This document shows, one piece after another, positions 1-10,100 of a stretch of 39,310 nt of DNA; the stretch's first letter is position 1, and the number at the start of each line of letters is the position of its first letter. Source of the stretch: a virus; the IMG/VR virus record IMGVR_UViG_3300013712_000001, positions 1-39,310 of that record. One strand, given 5' to 3'. Below the pieces are notes generated by a model. It saw only the letters and a program-made list of their open reading frames with translations, searched no databases and had not been told where the DNA came from. Made by a program: the position numbers and the translations under genes.

Positions 1-115
1 AAAGAAATGCACCTGAAGGCGCTACGCATTATAGAAAAATATTCTGGTTTAAACAGTATTTTATGAAGAATACAGATAATGGCTTTTGGTATCATTACGC
101 AAATCCTTTCTGGTT
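1..115. repeat. Terminal direct repeat, left copy (identical to 39196-39310)
   Basis: Read directly: 1-115 matches 39196-39310 base for base. The repeat lies inside a small ORF, which fits a circular or permuted-genome assembly overlap. A true short DTR cannot be excluded. Confidence 0.95.
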
Positions 116-158
116 CTTTTATGACTCAGAGAAGCCAATGTTGATCAAGCCCCTTTAA
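3..158 (+). CDS. C-terminal part of a 60-aa aromatic-rich small protein that starts at 39171 and continues through the terminal repeat
   Basis: The frame continues from ATG 39171 (SD GGTGA 4 nt upstream) across the repeat to TAA at 156-158. Joined product: MNISEKKIKRNAPEGATHYRKIFWFKQYFMKNTDNGFWYHYANPFWFFYDSEKPMLIKPL. Confidence 0.5.
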   Translation, partial: RNAPEGATHYRKIFWFKQYFMKNTDNGFWYHYANPFWFFYDSEKPMLIKPL

Positions 159-166
159 TGGGGCTT
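147..166 (+). terminator. Hairpin AAGCCCC-TTTAAT-GGGGCTT followed by TTTCTTAT, at the convergence point of the two arms
   Basis: 7-bp GC-rich stem with a U-rich tail on the plus strand. It contains the stop codon of the 60-aa ORF. An identical 20-mer occurs at 39123-39142. Confidence 0.6.
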
Positions 167-169
167 TTC

Positions 170-778
170 TTATAGTGCTTTTAATGCCTTATAAAATACT
201 TCAGCATATCTAGCAATGCGCTTGGCACGATCCGTACCGTTCACAATTCCACGAGCATTAACAAAATCAATCTTAGACTGATAAATATAATCCGATAATT
301 TTTTACCGGTATATAGGCCCACTTTCATTGAATAGATAATCACTTTAACAGAGTATTCTCGCTGTAAAAGTAATTCAGGATGATTCAGGAAATCAATGCC
401 AAAAACCTTGGATAGTTTTTCGTAATTATCAAACCAGGTATTTTGTGCATCACCGCGACCATAATATAAGTGCGGATATTCATCAAACGTATAAACCGTA
501 TCTTTACGGCCATTCTTATAACAGTATTTAACGCCTTTGCTATTGATAAGCCATGTGCCGTATGGCCGACCTTTACCTTTGCCGTATTCTTCAATCGGCT
601 GCATTTTAGTATCTGTTTCATGCCAGATAGTTGCCAGAATATAGGCAGCTTGAGCATAAGACAGGGATTTATCCTGATCCATGACAGAAACACGATATTC
701 AATTTCATCAACTTGGCTTTGAGTTAAACGCCCAAACCTTGCGCGTAAAATATTATATCCGGCTTTCGTGAGTTTCAT
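170..778 (-). CDS. Endolysin, glycoside hydrolase family 19 (chitinase-like) type
   Basis: 202 aa. Motifs AAYILATIWHETDTKMQPIEE, YYGRGDAQNTW and ARGIVNGTDRAKRIARYAEVF resemble the GH19 endolysins of Acinetobacter phages (LysAB2 type, from memory). SD GGGGA upstream. Last gene of the lysis cassette. Confidence 0.9.
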   Translation of the reverse strand: MKLTKAGYNILRARFGRLTQSQVDEIEYRVSVMDQDKSLSYAQAAYILATIWHETDTKMQPIEEYGKGKGRPYGTWLINSKGVKYCYKNGRKDTVYTFDEYPHLYYGRGDAQNTWFDNYEKLSKVFGIDFLNHPELLLQREYSVKVIIYSMKVGLYTGKKLSDYIYQSKIDFVNARGIVNGTDRAKRIARYAEVFYKALKAL

Positions 779-1039
779 TTAGACATATCCCCTTTTACTT
801 GCCTTAACTGAGGTATACAGGGCAAAGCCTGCAACCCCAACCCAAATAACGGCGTTAGAAAATGGTACAAATTTTGGCGCGGTCCATGTTGCAACCGCGC
901 CCAGCAAGATAAAGCAAGACCAAGCCTTAGCCCAAGGGCTTACTTTGATCCGCTTATTCAGGAGATTAAACCAGATACATACAAACGTAATGATCAAGCA
1001 TATATTCACTATGGCTGTGTAATAAGAGATGAAATTCAT
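779..1039 (-). CDS. Membrane protein with ~3 TM segments in the lysis cassette (holin/antiholin candidate)
   Basis: I prefer ATG 1039 (MNFISYY...), which has SD GGAG 8 nt upstream and an ATGA overlap with the upstream stop. The product has three hydrophobic stretches. The ORF-track start at 1069 is further upstream. Confidence 0.55.
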   Translation of the reverse strand: MNFISYYTAIVNICLIITFVCIWFNLLNKRIKVSPWAKAWSCFILLGAVATWTAPKFVPFSNAVIWVGVAGFALYTSVKASKRGYV

Positions 1040-1362
1040 TCTGAATCTCCTGTCTTTTCCTTTACCCACTTAGTAGCATATTTTTTGAACGCCATTTGTA
1101 TAAGTTCAGGCAAGAATTGTCCACTTGTGCAAAGAATTACCGTGATTAAAACCAGTCCAGCAAGATTGTCATGACCGATATAAACCCAGGTTGGGTAAGC
1201 AGTCACCAAGGCAATAAAAGCACCTTGTAGGCCGCCCCTGATCCGGCTTTTAATCGGTTCATTTGTAGAAGTGAGATAGATAAAAAATGAAAAAAAAGTT
1301 ACAACTAAAACAAGCACTATCTCAATAGTCTTTTCATTAAGTATCTGAATAAGTTTATCCAA
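1036..1362 (-). CDS. Holin candidate (~3 TM segments), TTG start
   Basis: 108 aa with hydrophobic helices IEIVLVLVVTFFSFFIYL, AFIALVTAYPTWVYI and LAGLVLITVILC. The only start in frame is TTG, with SD GGAAGGTG 7 nt upstream. It lies directly upstream of the endolysin cassette. Confidence 0.6.
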   Translation of the reverse strand: MDKLIQILNEKTIEIVLVLVVTFFSFFIYLTSTNEPIKSRIRGGLQGAFIALVTAYPTWVYIGHDNLAGLVLITVILCTSGQFLPELIQMAFKKYATKWVKEKTGDSE

Positions 1363-1541
1363 TTTGGTACACCTTCCAGGCTTTTTAAGTATGGTATCAG
1401 AAATTGGAAGTAATCATAAAAAAGTCATTTAAAACCAGATAAAGCACAAATATTCTTATTAAATAAAAATAACTCCCACGTATGGAGGATATTAAATGTT
1501 TATATTTGTGGTGTGGTTACGCTGGTTTTTGTGAAATAGAA

Positions 1542-1557
1542 AAGCCCCGAAGGGCTT
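1542..1557 (-). terminator. Rho-independent terminator after the tailspike gene (AAGCCC-UUCG-GGGCUU then UUCUAUUU on the minus strand)
   Basis: Perfect 6-bp GC-rich stem, UUCG tetraloop and U-rich tail, 16 nt downstream of the tailspike stop. Confidence 0.7.
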
Positions 1558-1572
1558 AATCTACTTTCTGCA

Positions 1573-4131
1573 TCAACTGTAGTTTTTAATAGTTACAGGT
1601 AGATATTCAAAAGATAAGCTAATATTATTCTGCTGTGCTACTGTTCCTGTTGGAACTAACCGTAAACGCATTCGCTCACCACGCTTGTAATACAGGCGTT
1701 GAGATGCATTCGGTACAGTTGATTCTTGAAAGATTCTCTTAGCTGTTAGTGCTGTTAAGCTATCCGCATCATTTTTCCAAATATCAAAGTATGAGCCACT
1801 CGATGTATTTCTGTCTAATCGGAAGGTTAGATAGTTGCTTGAACTTGCTGATAATCCTGTTACCTTAATAATATCTACGGCACATAAGTACATATCTTCT
1901 GGCGCTAACCATGCAACATCATAAGAACCGTCAGGATTTGTTGCTGCAATATCAACCTTGAAGGATTTTAAACCTGTGAATACACCTGATGAGTAGTTAC
2001 CCCATATGAATTGAGAAAAGCGTTGTAGTGCCTGTCCACCCATGTCAACTATCAGCTTACTCATTGCTGTATCACGAGATAAATACCTGTTTGTGGATGC
2101 TGATGCAACAGATGGCGCGCTTCCCAACACCAGATTGACTTTTCCAGCAGATATTCCATTTCCTGAAAGTGTTGGATTCCCAGTGTTCCCACAACCATTT
2201 AGCGTTATATTATCAAAATATACATTATCTATATTTAGTGTGTCATATGCTACTGTGCTCAAGAGATATAATCCACCCAAAGAGCCTTCGGCAGTTTTGC
2301 TACTTAGGTTTATCTGATTAAAATTAATATCTTTAATGTTACCTTTTTCACCACCCTCACTAGCATGATAATTGTGTATATGCGCAACAAAGCTACCGTT
2401 AGAACCTAACCAAGTCTCATTGCACTGTACTGCACCAGTAACATTACTAATGTTAATATCAGATATAGTACCACCATAAGAAGCCCATAGACCAACAACA
2501 GCACGAAACTTATCGCTATCAACAGTGATGTTATTGATATTAACATCGTATATTTTACCACCGTAAGTATTTGAAGATGGATTGGATGCAGTATCCCCGC
2601 CAGACTTAATGAGTGCTACATATCGACAGTTCTTAACATGCCCTGTATTAATTCGAATGTTATGAATAGGGAAATCTTTATAAACAGCTCCTCCAAACGA
2701 TACAATCCCGCTTAAACCCTTAGCTGTAATGTTAGTAATCTCTACATCATCAATTTCGCCCGACCCACGACCATCACTAAATCTTTGTGTTTTCAAGCAC
2801 ACAGCATCGTCAGGTTCATAATCACCATAGAAATCATAGTTAATGCTTCGATAGCGAAAGCGCTTACCACCTAACTGCTGAAACTGACCATAACCACTAA
2901 TGAACATATCGGAAAATTCAATATCCTCGCACTGTCTATTCGCCCCGTTCTCAATCCAGTTAGTACCAGACTGTTCAAGATACGAGTAGATAAACGCAAG
3001 GGTGTTGTTTGTATTGTTAGCGAACCTTACATGACGAGTACCCTTAAACCCTGCGGATTTACTGCACTCTATACGCAACCCAAACCGCTTCTTAATCACA
3101 GGCATAAGCGTATCTCTGAACTCCCCTTCTCGGAAGTAACAGTTATCTACATTAACTATTCTAGGGATGGCGTTTTCGAATATGGATTTACCTGAGATTA
3201 AATCAACATTGGATTTTAAATCAAGCAACTGCCCTTGATTTTCTACAACACTCGACAAGATGTCCTCATCCGTAAAAACATAGTGATACGCACCGTCAGC
3301 CCGCAATTCCCCACCACCATTTTCAGCAGTATAAGCAATAGCCTGATTGATTGCAGCATAGTCAATTGTTTGGCGCAAGTTTGTAATTGTTGCAAGAGGG
3401 AAAGCTGCTTGAGCATCCGCTATTGTTGTATACTTTTCTGATAACCAGTGTGCAGTGCCGTCACCAATCGCTCCGAAATCAATTACATGTGAAGTCTTTT
3501 TATTTAATATGTCGTTAATCTCTTGCTGACTCTTACCGCTTGCATCAAAAACAATACTTGCAGGAAATTTATTCTGATTGACTTGATTTAGTGCATCTTG
3601 CCACTGCTGGTAAAACTCCCGAAAAATATTATTAAATGTTTCTTCTGCAATATCAGGAAATTCCTGCATTACCCATGATTTTAATTCTGAATAACGCTGA
3701 TCAGTGACATTAATAACATTGGCATCACCCAAAATACGCTGTCTACGTTCTTCAGATAGTCCGCTGATCCATTCCTGAATCATGGCAACAACAACATCCA
3801 AAGCGGTTTCAATAGATTCAGCAGAGAAACGGCCATAGTTCGCAAGGTTTAATTGCTGTGTAACTGGCGTATTACCGGCGATATAAATAACTGTTCCGGC
3901 TTCTGGCGCGGTATTAAATAATACATATCCGCCTACCATGTCGCTATTATTAAAAACCTCATATTGAGAAGGCAATATCACTTCATAATCAAGCTCTAAT
4001 TGTTTCCTTACCTCTATTCCCTGATCTCCACTGTTTTCATCATAGAAAGAACGAAATGGAAAATCGAATCGCCTTTGCACCCCATCGGCTGTATATAATT
4101 GTGATTTTCTTTCACTGTATGGCAATGTCAT
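1573..4131 (-). CDS. Tailspike / capsule depolymerase with a pectate-lyase-like beta-helix
   Basis: 852 aa from ATG 4131 (MTLPYSERK...; SD GAGGGA 8 nt upstream). The motif VIDFGAIGDGTAH...AINQAIAYTAENGGG is typical of the pectate_lyase_3 N-terminus. The central region is a long Asn/Gly/Ile-rich repeat-like stretch. It sits after the ejection-protein genes, where T7 has gp17. Confidence 0.85.
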   Translation of the reverse strand: MTLPYSERKSQLYTADGVQRRFDFPFRSFYDENSGDQGIEVRKQLELDYEVILPSQYEVFNNSDMVGGYVLFNTAPEAGTVIYIAGNTPVTQQLNLANYGRFSAESIETALDVVVAMIQEWISGLSEERRQRILGDANVINVTDQRYSELKSWVMQEFPDIAEETFNNIFREFYQQWQDALNQVNQNKFPASIVFDASGKSQQEINDILNKKTSHVIDFGAIGDGTAHWLSEKYTTIADAQAAFPLATITNLRQTIDYAAINQAIAYTAENGGGELRADGAYHYVFTDEDILSSVVENQGQLLDLKSNVDLISGKSIFENAIPRIVNVDNCYFREGEFRDTLMPVIKKRFGLRIECSKSAGFKGTRHVRFANNTNNTLAFIYSYLEQSGTNWIENGANRQCEDIEFSDMFISGYGQFQQLGGKRFRYRSINYDFYGDYEPDDAVCLKTQRFSDGRGSGEIDDVEITNITAKGLSGIVSFGGAVYKDFPIHNIRINTGHVKNCRYVALIKSGGDTASNPSSNTYGGKIYDVNINNITVDSDKFRAVVGLWASYGGTISDINISNVTGAVQCNETWLGSNGSFVAHIHNYHASEGGEKGNIKDINFNQINLSSKTAEGSLGGLYLLSTVAYDTLNIDNVYFDNITLNGCGNTGNPTLSGNGISAGKVNLVLGSAPSVASASTNRYLSRDTAMSKLIVDMGGQALQRFSQFIWGNYSSGVFTGLKSFKVDIAATNPDGSYDVAWLAPEDMYLCAVDIIKVTGLSASSSNYLTFRLDRNTSSGSYFDIWKNDADSLTALTAKRIFQESTVPNASQRLYYKRGERMRLRLVPTGTVAQQNNISLSFEYLPVTIKNYS

Positions 4132-4153
4132 AATGTTATCCCTCAAATAAAAA

Positions 4154-4170
4154 GCCAGCATTACACTGGC
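4154..4170 (-). terminator. Hairpin GCCAG-N7-CTGGC followed by UUUUUAUUU, between the giant-protein gene and the tailspike gene
   Basis: 5-bp stem, 7-nt loop and a U-run on the minus strand. It falls inside the ORF-track N-terminal extension of the tailspike, which supports the downstream ATG 4131 start. Confidence 0.5.
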
Positions 4171-4182
4171 TTATAGTTTACA

Positions 4183-7100
4183 TCAATTACCGCTTGCCAA
4201 GCCCCTAGCCACATCAGCGGCATTTCTTGGCTCTTGATCTTCATCAATTAAAACATCAGCAGCATAAGTAGCTGGGCGCTGTACCAGACTAAATGGAATG
4301 CCTGTAACAAATGTAGAAGCCTGGATTATTCCCTTGGTTAATGCAGAATAATCTACTTCCTTTTCCTCCTTGGTTGTATCAATAATCCGCTTGCCGGTTT
4401 TGGTCAGGTTTTCCATCATGCTAATTAATGGCGATACTGAATAACGGTCTGAATAAACAGTTGCATTAACGGAAGTTGTATAAATTGGATTGATGATTTC
4501 CCTTGCAAAAGGCAACATACCGAAAATCATTTCAGCCTGTGACTGAACGCCGATATTCACTAGATCAGCCTGCCAATCTTCTTCATCCTCATTATCAAAT
4601 AGTTCGCCGTTAAATGTGAGTGTAAGTGCTTTAGATAAGATTGCAGGCAAGGCCAGCATCATGCCATAAAGATAAGCGTATCTACCGTATTTTGCTGCAC
4701 CAGTTAGATTCTCATTGGCAAGCTTGGTCTGGGTAAAGAATGTATTGCTTACCATGTTGAACCAGCCGTAAAACATGAGCATAGCTCTTACTAATGGACT
4801 GCCACGCTCTACCGATGATATGCCTTCAGGTGTCATGTCGTTAAGGTACTGGCGAATAACACCATCGGCATACTTCACCGCCTGATCATCACCCAAGCCT
4901 CGAGTTAAAGCCTGGTTATATGCTGCATTCCATGAAATCACTTCTAAAGGAACTTGTAGTACCTGTTGAACAATATAAGCATTGTTCTTAATAAAATCTG
5001 ATCCACGCTTAACGATGCTTGGATTGATTGCTAGATTCTCTAGCTGATAGCGATACTCATTTGAAGTGTTATCAAGCCTGGTATCCATAAATGGTGATAA
5101 TTCCCGAACCTGTTTAGTCATGCTTTCAGAAGCAAATGCATTCGAGAAATATTTGGCCGATGATAAGGCCATATCTTTCGCATTTACTTCAACAAGGACT
5201 TGCGGAATTGAGGTCCATGCTTCAACTGCGTTTTTGAAGTTACCAGCCATTAGCACAATGCCTGAATTTCTTTTTAGATTTTCAACAATCCTGTCGCCTA
5301 GATTGGATGACGTTGGTTTATATGTCTGCTGTGTGGCAACTGCACTTAACCAGTCACCAAGGATATTTTTAACATACGGCGCTACAGATTCTAGTTCGCG
5401 GCGAAACTCCCGATTTCTAAGCAGGGAATCAACCTGTTTAACTTGCTGTTCCAAGTGAATATATCGAAGCTCTCGATCCAGGTGTAACGGTAACCTGGTT
5501 AAATCAAGAAGCAGAATATCCCCTTTATAGTTTGCGGCGCGTGACTTGGTGAAGTTTGCGCCAGTTGTAGCAGAAGCAATGTTGTCTTTTTCAAGATCAG
5601 CCCTGTTTTTTTCTGAACGAATGTCTGCTTCAGCAGAACGAATCGGATCATAATCAGCAGGAATATAGCCCCCCTTAAATGTGCCATAAGGTGTGATTAA
5701 TGGCTGTGAAGGTAATTCTTCAAAGTATCTACCGTTCATACGCTTATGGACCGCTTGCGCCTGTTTCTTGTAGCCTTCGAACATATCCCATATCCGCTGT
5801 ACGGCATCCATATCTTTTTTCGTAATAGTGCCATTGTTCATAGATTCAAGAAGGTAGGCATCCCATTTTGAAAAGTCTACTGTTCCATCCGGCAGTTCTT
5901 CACCCCATTTATAGCCGTAAACCAGACGTTGCTTGTTTGACAGATTTCCAGAATGCAATACAGCATGTAAAAGCTCTTGTTTTGAGTTAAACGTATGATC
6001 CAAGCTTTCCGCATAAATCTTACCTTCAGATTTGTCGAACTGCGTATAAATATCTAGCAATTCTTTCATCATGGCACGTTGCTCTATGCGGTACTGTGCC
6101 AATGATTCCTGAATAGGATTGAAGATATATTTATGAAAAACACCGGTAGGCTTACCACCATCCAACCACGTTACAAACTGTTCGGCACGGCGCAAACTTG
6201 CAATAAAGCTTTTAAACTGGCTGCCGACTTTTTGGATTGCCCTGTTTCCTGAACCTGGACCGTTATAGACACGCGAACGAACCGGCTTGGTATTTAACTG
6301 GCGAGTAAGATCATCAATAACAGCCTGTCGTTCTAGCTTCTCATTACCCAAAACAAATTTTTTAGTTTCCTTGGATAAGTGCCATATCTGGCGAATCGTA
6401 TCATCTATTACTTGGAAATCTTTATACTCAAGCTGTCTGTAGTCCTGAATATCAGGAAGATTGTCAATTAGGTCCTTTAATTCAGCCCATGCAATCGGAT
6501 CATACTCACGGATAGATTTAAGCTCATTGACAAAATTAGCCTGTCTATTTGATATGCCATAGGCAGCCAGAACATACCGAGCAATTGAAACATAGTTAAA
6601 GTCACGCGCTTTAGCTAGTCTTTCGTCTGAGCCATTAACTTTTTTCTCAAGCTCTTTTAACTTTCCAATCTGGTCCTGAATTGCATAAGCTTTTTTGGTT
6701 GAATGGAAATTAACAAGCTGATTTCGCTTGATCCTCACTGCTTCAGTAGTATCACCAGACTTCAAAGCTTTGTCATAAGCTCGAGCAAGTTTTAATTCAG
6801 TCGCAGAATATACCGAAGGCCGAATGTCTGAAATTATGGTGCTGTTAATTAGGTTGTTAGATATATCAATGGCCGCTTGATTCATTTCTGAATGTCGGCC
6901 TGATAATTTAGAAATTGCGGCCAGTTCACGGCTTAACATTTGTGCGCGTATGTCGTTATGTACGGCTTCATCAATTGCCTGCTCTACAGAAAGAGAATCG
7001 AACAATTCAGAATGTTCAGCCTGCACCAGATCAGCAGCACGTTCATCAATCAATTCTTTTGGCGCTGGCGCTTCAACCATTTCACGAATCATCTGATCAG

Positions 7101-10100
7101 CAGAAGTAAAGCCAAAACGCTCAGCAATCATTTCGGGATCATAACCATCTTTAGAAGTGAAGCCATATTTTCCGGCTTTCGGAATAGCCTTGTAAATTTC
7201 AGAATCTTCGCCGTATTTTGCCTTGAGCCATTCCAGATTTAACTTTGCTGCATCAGGAAATTGATCAATATCAGCCATGGCAATACTGTAATCATCGGCA
7301 TAATTTACTAATTCATAATCAGCATACATAGAGTAATGTTGAGCGCCTGATAGTGAATCAGTGAATAAATCTTCAAATTGCCTTGTATCAAATTTTCCTG
7401 ATTCATCTTTATCAAGATAACCATCTTCGGCCAGACGTTCAGCAACCGTTTCAATAGATAATCCATTCTTACGTGCAACTTTTTTAACACGGCCTACGTT
7501 TACTTTATAACTCTCTGGCTGATCAATACCCCAAGTAGATTCAATTTCAGCAGCATCTATGCCGCCCATTTTCGCTATAGCTTCGATCATGGTGTCACGC
7601 GAACGGTCAATCACGTTCGGATCACGCTTAACCTTCTCAACTGCTTCTACAGGCTGGCGTAAAAATGCCATTGCTTGATAAACTGGCATCTGTGCAACTT
7701 CTTTTGCTACCTTTTCACGCGCTTGCTGTCTGACACGTTTTGCCTGCTCATTAAATGCCTTGATGTGCTTGTTCCGCATATTGCGATACCAAGCTAAATC
7801 TTTTATTGTTTTCTGCTCAAGCTCATTGATTGCCGCTTCAGTTGCTTCAAGATGATTTTCTTGTATTTCCAGATATTCTTTAAATGGAATGCCAAGCTTT
7901 GTTGCTAGTTCTGGCGTAATCATCATTTCAAGATTGCGCTGACGTTGGACCTGATCAATAGCATCCTGACTTGCAAGCATACGATCCATTACCGCCGTAA
8001 TCTCAGGATTAAGATCAGCACGTTTGTTTATACCTAGGAAACGGCCCATGTTTTTATACACGGCGGCCATGAAGGAACGGAAACGCGAAAATACCTGTCG
8101 TAGTGCATTGCTAGGTGCTTTACCTGTAAACATATACTGCTCAAAAGTTTCCGCAAACTTTTCATGTACTTCGGTTTTTTGTTCAGGCGTTAATTTGTTC
8201 CAGCTTGATAAGTCATCAGGCAGATTAGCCCACTTTAAAACAGTATTCATATCTTGTTTAAGTTGCTCAGGTGCTTCAGGTGAGCGAGCAAAAGCCATAT
8301 TTAGCTCAAGAAAATGATGCCCCATTTCATGCGAGAAGGTAGAGAAATTGGCATTTTTACCCAGGATAATAACAGCGCCTTTTTTATCCTTTCTAAAAAT
8401 AATCTGGCCGCGTGTTTCATTTTCAAAGTTTTGGTTATAGGAATCCTGGGCATCCCGATACATTGCTTCGGAAACAGAAAAATCCTTATTCCTACCTTTG
8501 TTTTCTACAAAGCCATACCTTTTATAAAACTCTGTTAATCGTTTTTTATTGCCACCAAAATCAGAACTTGGCGTTAAGGAAATTCGCTTTTTATTAATAT
8601 CAGCATAATTAATAATTTCCTGCATAACCTTGCTGCCAATGCCTGAATTTCTAGCAGAAGCAGGAACAACTATTTTTGCAAGGTTAAGGTCGTTGCTACC
8701 AGTTATTGATAATTCAATATCATATTTATTTTTTAAATAATCCTTAAATTCTGATGTGGTTTTATTATAGTTATCATTTGACTGATTAAATGCTTCTGTA
8801 GCAGCTTCAGGATTCCCATCCATTCCCTGTATTAAGTTTTGTGCTTCAGCACGATCCGAAGCCAAACGAACAGGCATGGCATTGTATAAGTCACGCGCCG
8901 GAATTTTCATACGGTTGGCTAGTGTTTCGTAGAATGCCCCCACAAGAGTAGTGGCCTGCCGGTTAAAGTTATCACTAAAGCCATTTTTCAGATTTTTTAA
9001 GTCATCTGAAATAAGTTGTTCAACAGTAGCCAATTCATCTTGAGCCTGTCTAATTTGTGCATAAGTTTCGGTAATCTGCTTTACATCCTGCTTCATTTCT
9101 TCAGCAGTTTTTTTAATAGACAGTTCTGCTTCAATTGCAGTTGGAGCAAGAGGATCAGAACGAAGGTTATTCACAATATCCCGAAGTAATGGATCATTAT
9201 CTATCTTGTAAGACAATGACAGTAGTTCATCCAGAGGGATTCTAATAGTTCCATCAATATCTTCAACCTTGGTCCATTGCCGCGCCAGTTCAGGAGATAA
9301 TTCAAATAAATCCTCTAAGGGAACATTATATTTCTCTAGCGTCTGGTTAAATGATTCAATGTCAATATATGCAGCATCAACAGCACCACTATCCTGCTGA
9401 ACCTGGTTGATAAACTCCCTTAGTGTTTCTTCTGAGCGTCCTGCTGTTTTTGACTCCTTGACACGCTGAATCAGATTGCCGATAACACCAGAAAAATAGC
9501 CAGCCTTGGCGTTTTGATCATCTTCTTGCGCTGCCTTTTGTGCCAGTGCTGATTCAATCAATCCGCCTTCAATTTCTTCCATCAGGCGTTTTCTGCTGAT
9601 TGTTTCGCCCGCACCCACCGCAATCACTTCAGGTAATGCAGTAATGCCGCCTATAATCGCGTTTAAGGCTGCTTCACTTGGATTTAGTTCCTCACCTACC
9701 GCAGCAGCACCAGCCGCAGCAGAAGTATACCCTGACAGCGATTGTATGCCAGATTGACCTACCGCTGTTCTCAAGGCTGAGCCAAACTCAAGTGGCAAAA
9801 ATGCGCCGCCCAATCCAGAAATGCCAGCTTGAGCCAAGGAACGGCGCAAAGAGTATTCAATGGCATCACCCATTGACTTACCTTGATTGTACGCGCTTGA
9901 ATATTCAGCGCCGGCTGATCCTGCAAAATCTGTAGTAAAGCCGATAGTAGCGCCCTGAATAGCGCCGCCTGCACCACTGGCAAAACGTGACAAGCGAACC
10001 GGATCAACCACTTCACCAGCCCGACTAGCTAGAGCGCCAGCACGACCAGCAACAAAACGCTCAGCAGCAGCGCCGGCAGTTGCGCGAGCCGCAGCGCCAG

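Noticed and set aside
1496-1534. 12-codon plus-strand mini-ORF (MFIFVVWLRWFL) with a perfect GGAGG SD 7 nt upstream, in the tailspike-holin intergenic region.
   Set aside because: It is too short to be a TM peptide and lies on the strand opposite all local transcription. The GGAGG is also half of a small CTCC/GGAG hairpin. Worth noting, but there is no support for expression.
4101-4115. Third occurrence of GTGAAAGAAAA (minus strand), matching the plus-arm promoter box.
   Set aside because: It lies inside the tailspike coding sequence (codons SERKSQ) and lacks the TTGCAR and -10 elements. An A-rich 11-mer recurring once by chance is plausible in this composition.
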